Part shown: positions 20,450 through 29,775 of the stretch, in pieces | How the letters are laid out: every line of letters begins with the position of its first letter | Numbering within the stretch: the stretch's first letter is position 1 | NCBI GenBank assembly: GCA_050287085.1 | Contig: JBNKBE010000009.1 | Coordinates: 131,734 to 195,733, forward strand | From: Polyangiaceae bacterium | GTDB taxonomy: Bacteria; Myxococcota_A; Polyangia; Polyangiales; Polyangiaceae | Direction: 5' to 3' | Length of the DNA: 64,000 nt | Made by a program: the position numbers and the translations under genes | Notes under the pieces: generated by a model | Told to the model about the DNA's origin: nothing | Databases searched by the model: none | Seen by the model: the letters and a program-made list of their open reading frames with translations, nothing else

Positions 20450-21175
20450 CGTCGCGCTCGGCGCTGACGTCGCGCTCGGCGCTGACGTCGCGCTCGGCGC
20501 TGACGTCGCGCTCGGCGCTGCCCCCGAGGGTACAGCCGCTGTCGACCCTGCGGCGAGACCCGCGACACGCCAAACCTGTCCCTCGCGCTCGACGCGATAG
20601 CTCTGCTGCGTCGCTTCTCCCCCAGCGAACGACTCGACCCGAACCTCAGCGCTATCGCGTTGCTGACGCAGGACAATCGCGCGCGTCTTCACCAGGTTCT
20701 TGCGTTCCTCAGCCGAGTCGCGACACGCGGCTTCACAAGCCCGTTCGGCGGCCCCAACAAGCCCTTGGCCGGAAGCGGACGCCAGGCTGCGAGCGCGGTC
20801 GAATTGGTACGTATTCAGACTGTGGAGAAACTCGTGAGCCGCGTCCTTTGGCGTGCGCATCATCTGCTCGACAGAGGCCACCTTGAACGGCTGGTACATG
20901 GGCGGGTGAGCATTGCAGGCCACCTTGGCGCTGCCCCAGGCGAGCGTGGTGACGCCACACAAAACGGCCACGAAGGCGAGCATCAGGCGTGTGTTGCTGT
21001 CTTGCCCTACGCCGCCGAGCGGCTCTGCCACGACAAGGACCGGCCCGCGCCGACCCTTGGCCCCCTTCTGGGAGGCGCCAGCCTCGTCAATCTTCTCGTG
21101 CGAAACCGCGGGGCTAGCCTCCTCCGAGAGCGCTTGGGGCTCGGGGCTTTGTTCCTGATCCTGGGAGCCGGTCAT
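20417..21175 (-). CDS. Hypothetical single-TM protein with C-terminal PSATSA repeat
   Basis: One TM segment and an NTF2-like-looking body; its 3' end overlaps the convergent Sel1 gene by 33 bp. Confidence 0.65.
   Translation of the reverse strand: MTGSQDQEQSPEPQALSEEASPAVSHEKIDEAGASQKGAKGRRGPVLVVAEPLGGVGQDSNTRLMLAFVAVLCGVTTLAWGSAKVACNAHPPMYQPFKVASVEQMMRTPKDAAHEFLHSLNTYQFDRARSLASASGQGLVGAAERACEAACRDSAEERKNLVKTRAIVLRQQRDSAEVRVESFAGGEATQQSYRVEREGQVWRVAGLAAGSTAAVPSGAAPSATSAPSATSAPSATSAPSATSAPLLKPATL
20441..20520. repeat. 18-bp tandem repeat CGGCGCTGACGTCGCGCT x4.4
   Basis: Read directly; the first unit contains the TGA stop of the Sel1 gene. Confidence 0.97.
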
Positions 21176-21283
21176 GGCCGCGGAGCATGGGGGATCCCCC
21201 CCCACAAGGCAAGCTCTCCCAATCGCTCACTGCGGCGATGAAAAAATGGGGCAACCAGGTCAGATAGGCGTCGACTCGGGAGC

Positions 21284-22264
21284 ATGAATCGCATGCCCGC
21301 AGCCGTTCCGCTCAGACCTCGCAGTGCGAGCCGAACGCCACGTCTATGCAAACTGCTGGTTGCGCTGAGCGCGCTGGTGGGCTGCACGCCTCGGATTGTC
21401 ATCCCGCCGGCCGCCGCGCGCTTGAACGACCAGGGAGCCGGGGCCCTCACACGAGGCGAGCTCGATAGCGCCGCTCGACAGCTTGAACTCGCGCTGGAAT
21501 ACCATCCCGCGTTCGTGCAGGCACTGTCGAACCTCGGTCTCGTCGAGCTCCGACGGGGCAATCTTTCGCGCGCCGAGCAACTGCTCGAGCGAGCCGTGCG
21601 GCAGGACCAGGACGTAGCTCAGCCACACAACGGGCTCGGGCTGGTCGATGAAGCCCTAGGCGCCACCCACGACGCCGCGGAGCACTATCTGGACGCCCTG
21701 CAGATCGATCCGGGCTTCGTTGAGGCACGAGCAAACCTGGGCCGCCTTTATTATGAACGAGGCGATTATCTGCTGGCTCAGGAGCAGTTCGAGAAACTCC
21801 AACACACGGCACCCGAACGACTCGAGGGCTTCCTCGGCCATGCGGAATGCCTGCTCGCCACAGGGCGCCTCGACGAAGCCGCCCAGACGCTGAACACGGC
21901 CCGCGCACGCTTCGGTGACACGCCAGCGCTGATCTTGGCGGAGGGCCGGCGACAGATTCTCGTCGAAGACTTCGCCGACGCGGCACGCACCCTTGCCCCC
22001 CTGGCCAAGGGCGATGGTGACGAGGCGATAGAAGCTCAAGCTTGGCTGAGCGTGCTGGCGCTGGCTCGCGGTGACCTGAAGCGGGCTGTAGCGGCGGCGC
22101 GGTTGTGCCTCAGTCGGGCTCCAGACCACGCGCTCGCCACCTACGCCCTGGCCAGCGCGCTAGCGGGCCTGCACGCGCCGGGAGCCGACGCGTGGCTCCA
22201 TCGTGCGGCACAACTCAATCCGGAGCACCCACAGCTGGCCATAGCGGATGCGAGCAAGCGATAG
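21284..22264 (+). CDS. TPR lipoprotein
   Basis: Lipobox LVGC; TPR units ALSNLG, HNGLG, ARANLG. Confidence 0.88.
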   Translation: MNRMPAAVPLRPRSASRTPRLCKLLVALSALVGCTPRIVIPPAAARLNDQGAGALTRGELDSAARQLELALEYHPAFVQALSNLGLVELRRGNLSRAEQLLERAVRQDQDVAQPHNGLGLVDEALGATHDAAEHYLDALQIDPGFVEARANLGRLYYERGDYLLAQEQFEKLQHTAPERLEGFLGHAECLLATGRLDEAAQTLNTARARFGDTPALILAEGRRQILVEDFADAARTLAPLAKGDGDEAIEAQAWLSVLALARGDLKRAVAAARLCLSRAPDHALATYALASALAGLHAPGADAWLHRAAQLNPEHPQLAIADASKR

Positions 22265-22357
22265 ACGAAGCCCGTGCGGGCAGACAAGCCGGAAGCCCCG
22301 ATTGCCTCGGCGGACCGAGTGGCTGGCGTGCGAACAAGGAGCTCGCGCCCCCGCGAA

Positions 22358-24103
22358 TCACTCGCCGGCCGCTCGACGGTGTGACAGCACCGCTTCCGCC
22401 CGTGCTTGGGTAGCCATCCCAGTGATCATCTGAAAGGTCTTGTAGCCGCCACTCAAGTTGCGAACGCGAAAGCCGCGCTGCATCAATAGACGCGTTGCGT
22501 AATAGGAGCGCTGTCCTGCCGCGCAATACACCCACAGCTCTTTGTCGCGCGGGAGCTCCGCGGTGCGCTCTCGAAGCTCGTCCAGAGGGACGTGCAGCGC
22601 CCCCGGAACAGCGCCGCCTGCATGCTCGGCTGGCGTCCGCACGTCTAGCAGCACATGATCCTCATAGCTCATATCAACGCCGAGCCCCTCGCCTCTACTA
22701 GCCAGCACCTGCTGCCAACTGGCGGCCGGCATGTCTCCCCGCAGGAGATTCGAAGCGATGAAGCCAGCCAGATTCACCGGATCTTTTGCCGAACCATATT
22801 GAGGCGCGTAGCAGAGCTCCAAGTCTTCCAAGTCGAAGACCGACAGCTCCTGAGAAATCGCGAGGGCAAAGACGTCGATGCGACGGTCGATCCCCTCTTC
22901 ACCAATCGCTTGCGCCCCGTAGATCAAACCACTGCCGCGAGCAAAGAGCACCTTCAGGTTCATGACCTTGGCACCTGGGTAGTAGGTCACGTGATTAAAG
23001 GGGTGCAGATAGATAGCCTCGTAGTCGGTGATACCCGCCGCCTGAAGTGCAGCTTCGCTGGCACCCGTTGCAGCGGCTGCAAGCCCCATGCATCCACAAA
23101 TCGAGGTGGCCTGAACGCCCTTGAAGACTCGCTCCCGTCCAAATATGCAGTCGGCCGCGATACGGCCCTGACGATTGGCTGGGCCCGCTAGTGAAAGCAG
23201 ACGTGTCTGCTCCGTCACCCTATCCAATACTTCAACCACATCCCCAACCGCCCAGATATGGGGGTCACTGGTGCGCAGCGTTGCGTCGACGACGATGCCT
23301 CCGTGCTCACCAATCGCCAGCCCCGCCTGTTCGGCGAGTTCGCTCGCAGGACGCACGCCGGCGCACAACACAACCATTTGCGTGTCGACTACGGCCCCCG
23401 AGTCGAGGGTCACTTCCAGCGCGCCAGCCACCCCCGCAACACCCGTCACCCGCGCTTGTTTGACTACCCTGACGCCATTTTCCCGCAACCGTTGCTCGAG
23501 CGGGGCCGTCATCTCGACGTCCAGGGTCTTGAGCAGGCGGTCACCGGCCTCGACCAAGGTGACCGAAAGGCCCCGCCGGTGCAGGTTTTCGACCATTTCA
23601 AGTCCGATAAAGCCTCCACCAATGACCACCGCCTCGGTCACCCGATGCGCCTGCAAGTAGGCCCGCATGTTCCTGGCGTCCGGCACCGTTCCCAGGGTGA
23701 ATACGCCGGGCGTCTCGCTGGACACGCCCGGTATTGGAAGCGGCTTGGCCCCCGGCGACAACACCAGGGCATCGTAGTCTTCCTCGTACACCTCTCCACT
23801 GATGCGGTCCCTAACCGCAACGCAGCGTCGCTCGCGATCAATCGCAACAACCTCCTGCTGAATACGTACGTCGATCCGGAAACGCGAGTGGAAGCGTTCG
23901 GGGGTCATCAGCAGAAGATCCTGCTCTTCGACGATGACGTTTCCCACGTGATAGGGCAGGCCGCAATTGGCGAACGAAACGAACGCTCCGCGTTCAAACA
24001 CGACGATCTCACAGTGTTCGTCCAGACGCCGGGCCCGGGCCGCAGCCGACGCCCCTCCAGCCACTCCGCCGACGATCACCAACTTTTTCGGTATTGTACT
24101 CAT
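22358..24103 (-). CDS. CoA-disulfide/persulfide reductase with rhodanese domain (CoADR-RHD)
   Basis: GGVAGG, SFANCGLPY redox Cys, GGGFIG, YAPQY, rhodanese LLDVR...YCAAGQRSY; SD GAGGA before ATG 24103. Confidence 0.93.
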   Translation of the reverse strand: MSTIPKKLVIVGGVAGGASAAARARRLDEHCEIVVFERGAFVSFANCGLPYHVGNVIVEEQDLLLMTPERFHSRFRIDVRIQQEVVAIDRERRCVAVRDRISGEVYEEDYDALVLSPGAKPLPIPGVSSETPGVFTLGTVPDARNMRAYLQAHRVTEAVVIGGGFIGLEMVENLHRRGLSVTLVEAGDRLLKTLDVEMTAPLEQRLRENGVRVVKQARVTGVAGVAGALEVTLDSGAVVDTQMVVLCAGVRPASELAEQAGLAIGEHGGIVVDATLRTSDPHIWAVGDVVEVLDRVTEQTRLLSLAGPANRQGRIAADCIFGRERVFKGVQATSICGCMGLAAAATGASEAALQAAGITDYEAIYLHPFNHVTYYPGAKVMNLKVLFARGSGLIYGAQAIGEEGIDRRIDVFALAISQELSVFDLEDLELCYAPQYGSAKDPVNLAGFIASNLLRGDMPAASWQQVLASRGEGLGVDMSYEDHVLLDVRTPAEHAGGAVPGALHVPLDELRERTAELPRDKELWVYCAAGQRSYYATRLLMQRGFRVRNLSGGYKTFQMITGMATQARAEAVLSHRRAAGE

Positions 24104-24359
24104 TCGTTCCTCAGGACCCAAAGTGCGCCGAGACAACGTCTCGTAGCGCCATGCGCGAGAACGGCTGGTGCCCCCCAGCCGCTACGCCACCAACTTCCGT
24201 GACGCGTGCCTCCGGAGGCCATTGTTAGGTCTGCGGCGCAGCGACACAGTGGGCCAAACGGCGCGCCTTCAAGACGGATAAGACGCCGCAGATCTCGCGT
24301 TACCAACAACGCTAGAGAACGGGTGCAGCGAACGGCACAAGCAGCGGCGTCGCACCTAC

Positions 24360-25046
24360 TTGGAACATGAGGTGGCACCGCGAACGGAATTCGAAAGCTC
24401 GACGCAGAGGCGCTTTGCGGCTATCGTCGTCCTTGTGACAGCGCGCGACGTCGCCCATTGCTTCGCTCTCATGCGCGCTTTCGAGTTCCAATTCCAGCAG
24501 CGACGCCTTGTGCGCTGGGTCAAGCGGGCCTTCTGGGTCTATGCCGCATGGAGCTCGGCGCTGTGGCTGCTCCTCCCCCCGCAGCCGGGCACTCTCTATC
24601 AACGATTGACCATGCTCGGGTGGTTTATCGTGGCGTTGACGCTCGCTTGCATCTCGCGCGAGGCCGGGCTACCTGAGCCACTGATACGAACGACGGGCGC
24701 CAGCTCCTGGCACAGCCTGGTCGGGCGAGCGCTGGCGCTATTTCGACACAACGCGCCGGTCGCGTGTGGCTCGCTCGCGCTCATTGGCGCAAGCGCTTGG
24801 ACACAAGCCGCCCCTCACATGCAAGCCACCCTGATGCTCCGGGCGCTCCCTAGCGGGCTGGTTGCACTCCTGGTAACGACCGGACTACTGAGCTTCGCCG
24901 GAGCCGGTGCCTGGGCGCTGAGCCGCAGCAATCCCCGCACGCTTGTCTTGGCCCTAGTCCTGATACCCTGGTGGCTGCATGCAACTCTTCCTGAAGTGCC
25001 GTCCATACTCGATCTACATCATTGGATGATCGCAAAGGCCCTGTGA
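24360..25046 (+). CDS. Multi-TM protein resembling a divergent ABC-2 permease
   Basis: About 5 hydrophobic helices; first gene of a tight three-gene unit; start uncertain. Confidence 0.55.
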   Translation: MEHEVAPRTEFESSTQRRFAAIVVLVTARDVAHCFALMRAFEFQFQQRRLVRWVKRAFWVYAAWSSALWLLLPPQPGTLYQRLTMLGWFIVALTLACISREAGLPEPLIRTTGASSWHSLVGRALALFRHNAPVACGSLALIGASAWTQAAPHMQATLMLRALPSGLVALLVTTGLLSFAGAGAWALSRSNPRTLVLALVLIPWWLHATLPEVPSILDLHHWMIAKAL

Positions 25047-25068
25047 CTGCAACGCTTTCGATTCGCTG

Positions 25069-26070
25069 ATGCTCTCCCCGGACATGCCGCCCACGACCGA
25101 GTTGTCGCTTCAATTCGATGACGTCGAGCAGCCATCCTTCGCGCTCAACTCCAGATTCGGCGTGGGGCTCCATTGGCTTTGGAGCGATGACTTGGAACTC
25201 CTTCAGGACATTGCCAAGACTGCGGTGGGCATCAAGGCCCCCCGGCGGGGCCACGTGGCGCTGTCGCAGCGCAATCCCTATCGCGAGCCCGAAGTACGGA
25301 GAAGAATCGGCAGCTTTCTCGGTGACGTCACGTTCGACCCCAAGCAGCTGCCTTTGGGCAAGGCACGCGGCGCACGCATAAGCGGGGTACTCAATCAATT
25401 GGATGTGCTGCGAGGCGGACGTGTTGGCGCAAGCGTTGCGACCTACAGCCGTCTGGGGTTGAGCTACGACGACCGCTTGCTTTCGGAGCTCGATCACTCA
25501 GCGCGCCGACAACTGGAATTGGCGCTTGCCCTCAGTGACTCAGCACGGGAGCTGATCGTATTGTTCCAACCGTGGTGCGCTGGCGTCGACAGCTCATCGC
25601 TGCTGGCCGCTCTCGAGCGAAGGGCGGAGGATACCGTGGTCTTGCTAGGGACAAACGCAGCTCCACCTGCGCAGTTGGCAGCTCATAAGTGGCTTTTTCA
25701 CGAACGACGTCTATACGATCGAACACCACCGGAGCGCCCTGCGCGCCCGGGCGCACGGGCAAGACTCACACTCAGCACCACTCCCAGCCAGAACCTAGCC
25801 GCTCGCTTGCGAGCGTGCGAAGACGTCTTGGGCGTAGAACTGGAAAGCGAGTCGCCGGACCGCTCCGTATGGCTCTTGGAGGGACTCTCCCGCGACGCCC
25901 TGTCGCGAGTCGCGCTTCTGGCCTGTCGCGAGCTCAATCTCCAAGTATTCGCCTTGAGCACCTCGGCCGCTACTGTGGGTCACGCCCTAAGCCTGGTTCC
26001 ATCGTTGACCTCCAGCTTAACGCCGCCTCAACAGTCCCGCGATGTCCACGAAGCGAAGGCGAGCCTATGA
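25069..26070 (+). CDS. Degenerate ABC-2-type ATP-binding protein (pseudo-ATPase)
   Basis: NBD scaffold visible (GIKAPRRGHVAL, NPYREPEVRRRIG, RRQLELALAL, LIVLFQP..AGVD, TVVLLGT), but Walker A, LSGGQ, Walker B DE and switch His are absent. Confidence 0.7.
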   Translation: MLSPDMPPTTELSLQFDDVEQPSFALNSRFGVGLHWLWSDDLELLQDIAKTAVGIKAPRRGHVALSQRNPYREPEVRRRIGSFLGDVTFDPKQLPLGKARGARISGVLNQLDVLRGGRVGASVATYSRLGLSYDDRLLSELDHSARRQLELALALSDSARELIVLFQPWCAGVDSSSLLAALERRAEDTVVLLGTNAAPPAQLAAHKWLFHERRLYDRTPPERPARPGARARLTLSTTPSQNLAARLRACEDVLGVELESESPDRSVWLLEGLSRDALSRVALLACRELNLQVFALSTSAATVGHALSLVPSLTSSLTPPQQSRDVHEAKASL

Positions 26071-26714
26071 GCCGTCGGCCGTCGCTTAGCCCGCTCGGCA
26101 CTCGTCGTGGGCTGTTGCTGGTCGGCGGTGCAATCTGCTTTGCCATGCTCGTCAGCACGGAGGTGCGTAGCCATCACGCGTATCTCGCGCATCGCATCGC
26201 CCGGGCCCACGTCGGTCTGCTCATCCCCATTCTGGCCTTGCTGCTCTCGCGCGGTACCGAGGAAACCAGAAGGTGCCTGGAACAGCGAGCCCGCTTTGGG
26301 GACAACCGGCGTATCTTGACTCTTCACGCCCTGCTCCGGCAGGCCTTGGTCACGGGAACAGCCAGCGCATTGCTCCTGGGTGTGGCCGCTCTCAGCTTGG
26401 GTATCACCCGCATATCCTCGAGCGTGCTGCTAACACTGACGGCGTTTCTGGCAGGAACGGGCTACGTCTTGTGGTGCGCGGCCGGTCAACGCCTGCTGCC
26501 GTTCCGGGGGGGTGCCATTCTCGCCCTCGTTCTAGACTGGCTGCTGGGGCGGGGTCATGGTCCAGCCGCGCAGGGGACCTTGCGGGGTCAACTCCGGGCG
26601 CTCAGCGTCGACGAGCAGTTGCTGAGCGCGGCTAGTATTGGAGCCAGCTGCGCTAGTATTCTTGCTCTGCTGGCGCTGCTGGTCGCGATTATACTGGTGC
26701 GCGAGCGTCCCTAG
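26067..26714 (+). CDS. Multi-TM protein resembling a divergent ABC-2 permease
   Basis: ATGA overlap with the previous stop; about 6 TM segments, LLIPILALLL, ends VRERP. Confidence 0.65.
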   Translation: MSRRPSLSPLGTRRGLLLVGGAICFAMLVSTEVRSHHAYLAHRIARAHVGLLIPILALLLSRGTEETRRCLEQRARFGDNRRILTLHALLRQALVTGTASALLLGVAALSLGITRISSSVLLTLTAFLAGTGYVLWCAAGQRLLPFRGGAILALVLDWLLGRGHGPAAQGTLRGQLRALSVDEQLLSAASIGASCASILALLALLVAIILVRERP

Positions 26715-26894
26715 CGGGCGTCACAGCCGCCGACAATACAGCTCGCTCAGGGCTGAAATGCCAGCCGCGGACGACAATTGCGATTTCGTGCCAAGACCCC
26801 CCGGCACGCCCCTGTAGGCCTGCCGCAATTGGGGCTCTCCTGCGTCCGGCAAAACTCAGTAGCGCAACTCGTGATCCGGGGTTAGGTTGGGTGC

Positions 26895-27602
26895 GTGAAA
26901 GGGATCAACTACCTTTTCAGCAGTTATGCGGCCCTGACAACCGAGCTGGAACGCAATGACGACGAGCAGGTACTCGACCTTCCGAAGGGCGCCGACGGCA
27001 TAGCCGAAGGTGAGTGGGTGCTTTCTTGTACCACTGTTGGAGAGGAGTCCTTCTCGGTGGCGGCCTGCTGCGTTGATCGCGGCGTCGGACTTCAGCTTTC
27101 TTTTAATCCCCAAGATTGGAACAAGTTGTGGCGGTTCGCGCGGCAAAACGCACCACTGAGCATGCCGCCGGTCATGCCGCCCGCGCCTTGCGCCGATACG
27201 CCTGAACCCACTGGCTCTCTTATCTTGCACATCGATCCAGACCCTGACACGCAGGAGGTCGTTCGCTGCCTGCTTCAGGCGGGGGGCTATCGCGTGCTCA
27301 CCGCGGGCAGTGCTGAGGAGGCGTTTGACCTAATGTGGAGCAGCACCGTGGATCTGGTGGTGCTGGAAGCCAGGCTGCCCGGCATGAGCGGTTGCGAATT
27401 TTGCGGTCGAATTCGTCGCGACAGGCACTTCGCAAACCTGCCGGTGATCGTTCTCACGACACAATCGAGCGCCAACGAGGTCGTGCGCGCCATCGAAGTC
27501 GGAGCAGATGACTACATGAGCAAGCCCTTCAAGATGCCGGAACTCCGAGCGCGCGTGTGCGGCTTGCTGCGTCGCGCACGCATGCCCGCCCGCAGCGCCT
27601 GA
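26895..27602 (+). CDS. Response-regulator-like protein: unknown N-terminal domain plus atypical receiver
   Basis: REC fold ILHIDPD...DLVVLEARLPGMSG...LPVIVLT...GADDYMSKPF; Glu at the phosphoacceptor position. Confidence 0.88.
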   Translation: MKGINYLFSSYAALTTELERNDDEQVLDLPKGADGIAEGEWVLSCTTVGEESFSVAACCVDRGVGLQLSFNPQDWNKLWRFARQNAPLSMPPVMPPAPCADTPEPTGSLILHIDPDPDTQEVVRCLLQAGGYRVLTAGSAEEAFDLMWSSTVDLVVLEARLPGMSGCEFCGRIRRDRHFANLPVIVLTTQSSANEVVRAIEVGADDYMSKPFKMPELRARVCGLLRRARMPARSA

Positions 27603-27607
27603 TACCG

Positions 27608-27682
27608 CAGCGCTGTAGCTGCCCCCCAGCGCGCAACACCCCAGCGCTGTAGCTGCCCCCAGCGCGCAACACCCCAGCGCTG
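27608..27682. repeat. 33-34-bp tandem repeat x2.2 containing palindrome CAGCGCTG, between convergent genes
   Basis: Units begin at 27608, 27642 and 27675. Confidence 0.9.
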
Positions 27683-27781
27683 CATCTGTCCGCAGCGCCG
27701 TGCTTGCCCGGCGACGGGGCGAGTCCTACTCCAAGCCGGCTCCGAAGCGACAATGCGAAGGCGTCGCCACTTCGTGAGGCG

Positions 27782-29320
27782 TCATTGTTCGCGAAATGCA
27801 TCCGCGGGACGCAGCCGCGCCGCGTGCATGGCGGGCCAGAGACAGGCTCCCAGGCACACCAACACCGCAAAAAGTCCGGTCAGTGCAAAGTCAGCAGGAC
27901 GAATGATCACCGGCAGACGGGAGATGAAATACACCTTGGGATCAAGTGGTAAGCCGTAGGCAAGCACCCACTTGCACAATAGAAACCCGATCAACAGCCC
28001 CAGCCCGGCTCCGACGACACCAATCACCAGCCCCTGATAGAGAAACGTCCGCAGGAGGGCCGAGTCCTTGGCGCCCATGGACTTGAGCACCGCAATCTCG
28101 CGCGTCTTGTCGAAAACGATCATGATCAAGGTCGCGATCACCGTGAAGGCGGCTACCAATATGATCAGTGCCAGGACCAGGCTCATGAGTATCTGCTGAA
28201 TGCGGAGAGCAGTAAACAAGCCGTGGTTCAGCTCTTCCCAGTCCATGGTGTGATAGATGCCGTTGCTCAGCAGCTTGTCAATTCGCTCGGTCACCTCCTG
28301 AGAGCGTTCAATGTCGCGGACGCGCATCTCGATTCCAGTTACCGTGTCACCAGCGCCGTAGAATGCCTGAGCCTCGTAGAGGTCGGTATACATCAGGCGA
28401 GAGTCGTATTGGTCGAAGCCAGCCTCGAAAGTACCCTGGACACGAAACTGTTTTGCCACAGGCGGCCGCAGCTGCCCCCCTGAATAGGCGTAGCCAATGG
28501 TTGGCGAGGTTACTTGAACGCAATCCCCAAGCTTGACGCCGAGTGTCCGCTGCAAGCTAGTTCCGATCACGATTCCAGGCAGTCCCTCGCCGCCGGCGGC
28601 GCATGGATCGGTCACGATGCCCTCGAGAACGTCATCCTCGGGTAGGTCACCCTCGAAGCCCCCCGCTGGCTCAATCGAGCCGTTGACTCGATGGGGCTCC
28701 GCCTGGGAACCGGGCCCATCAGCTTGTTCAGCAGCTTGGGCGCCCACCGACTTCTGGGCGCTCTTCGAGTCATGCGCCTCGAGCTCATTGCGTACGACCC
28801 CGAGGAGATCTACCTCCGGCTGGTCGCGAGCCCCGGGCTCGCTCGATTGGACATAGCTCTCTATGCTCTTCTTGCGTTCCGGTGGCTTGGCCCCAGGGCG
28901 CCGCAGCCCCTCGAGCGTGCCGGTCACTATATGCCGAGGCAAATCAAGCACTCGTTGCATGCGTTCCGGGTCAACGCCCTTGAGCAAAACCCCCGTCGCC
29001 GTCTTGTCCGCGTGGGTCACCATCATGGGATTGATCACAAAGGGCGCGGCCCCCACCACGTCGGGGTCCTTTTCGACCTTTTCCATGACCTCGCGATACT
29101 CACGAAATTCGCTGGAGTACTTCAGGACCAAGACGTGGGCGTTGACCCCAAGGACCTTCTCACGAAACTCCGCTCTGAACCCTCCGGTCACGCCCAGAAC
29201 GGTGACGAGCGCCATCGTCCCCAGGGCGACCCCGCAAATAGCCAGCAGGGTGCCGACCGAAATGCTCTCGCGTTTTCGCGAACGCATGTACCGGGCGGCC
29301 AACGTGATCGAGAGTCCCAT
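27782..29320 (-). CDS. lolC: Lipoprotein-releasing ABC permease LolC/E family
   Basis: LAARYMRSR, GVALGTMALVTVLGVTGGF, KTREIAVLKSMGA, VYFISRLP, PAMHAARLRPADA; start reset to ATG 29320. Confidence 0.85.
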   Translation of the reverse strand: MGLSITLAARYMRSRKRESISVGTLLAICGVALGTMALVTVLGVTGGFRAEFREKVLGVNAHVLVLKYSSEFREYREVMEKVEKDPDVVGAAPFVINPMMVTHADKTATGVLLKGVDPERMQRVLDLPRHIVTGTLEGLRRPGAKPPERKKSIESYVQSSEPGARDQPEVDLLGVVRNELEAHDSKSAQKSVGAQAAEQADGPGSQAEPHRVNGSIEPAGGFEGDLPEDDVLEGIVTDPCAAGGEGLPGIVIGTSLQRTLGVKLGDCVQVTSPTIGYAYSGGQLRPPVAKQFRVQGTFEAGFDQYDSRLMYTDLYEAQAFYGAGDTVTGIEMRVRDIERSQEVTERIDKLLSNGIYHTMDWEELNHGLFTALRIQQILMSLVLALIILVAAFTVIATLIMIVFDKTREIAVLKSMGAKDSALLRTFLYQGLVIGVVGAGLGLLIGFLLCKWVLAYGLPLDPKVYFISRLPVIIRPADFALTGLFAVLVCLGACLWPAMHAARLRPADAFREQ

Positions 29321-29775
29321 TGCGCTCGCCCTTAGCAGAATAGGGCGCGAACATAAACGGACACCACGGCCGCCCCCGCCCGGACCGACCGACGAGGTCC
29401 GGGCCAGGCGCCCCCGTCCCGATGACAACTGCGCTCCCGCACAGCGCGAACAACCACACGCACACCCGCAAAGTCCGCTCCAGCTCAAAAACTTGGACTG
29501 GCCAGGGGTCGCCAGGCCACCATTGTGTCAGACCACGTGGTGAAAATGCGTGGCTCGGCCCCGGCGAGGAGCTATATCTAAGGCGTTTCTGGCGCGCGCC
29601 AATCGAGAGTCAACGGGCGTCCAATTCGCGCCACCCAGTTTCGCGCAACTCAGTGCCCAATAGGCGATTCCGAGTCGTCCGTCGAACCGAACTGGAGCAA
29701 ACTGGGACGATTTCGCGGGTTTTTGAACGGTACACTAGTGACCCCAGCGATTTCACCCTATCTTCTGCTGCCGCG

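Noticed and set aside
23258..24202. 314-aa plus-strand ORF
   Set aside because: Antisense shadow of CoADR-RHD; no motifs
25689..26066. N-terminal extension of the 341-aa ORF
   Set aside because: Overlaps the pseudo-ATPase; the ATGA-coupled start at 26067 is more plausible
26775..26831. Sigma54 promoter (TGGCACGAAATCGC, minus strand) within an imperfect inverted repeat
   Set aside because: GG-to-GC spacing is 9 rather than 10 and it faces no gene; the inverted repeat alone is too weak to call
29321..29775. Track starts 29488 (minus) and 29422 (plus)
   Set aside because: They would make divergent genes overlap; family-like sequence begins at 29320 and about 29776
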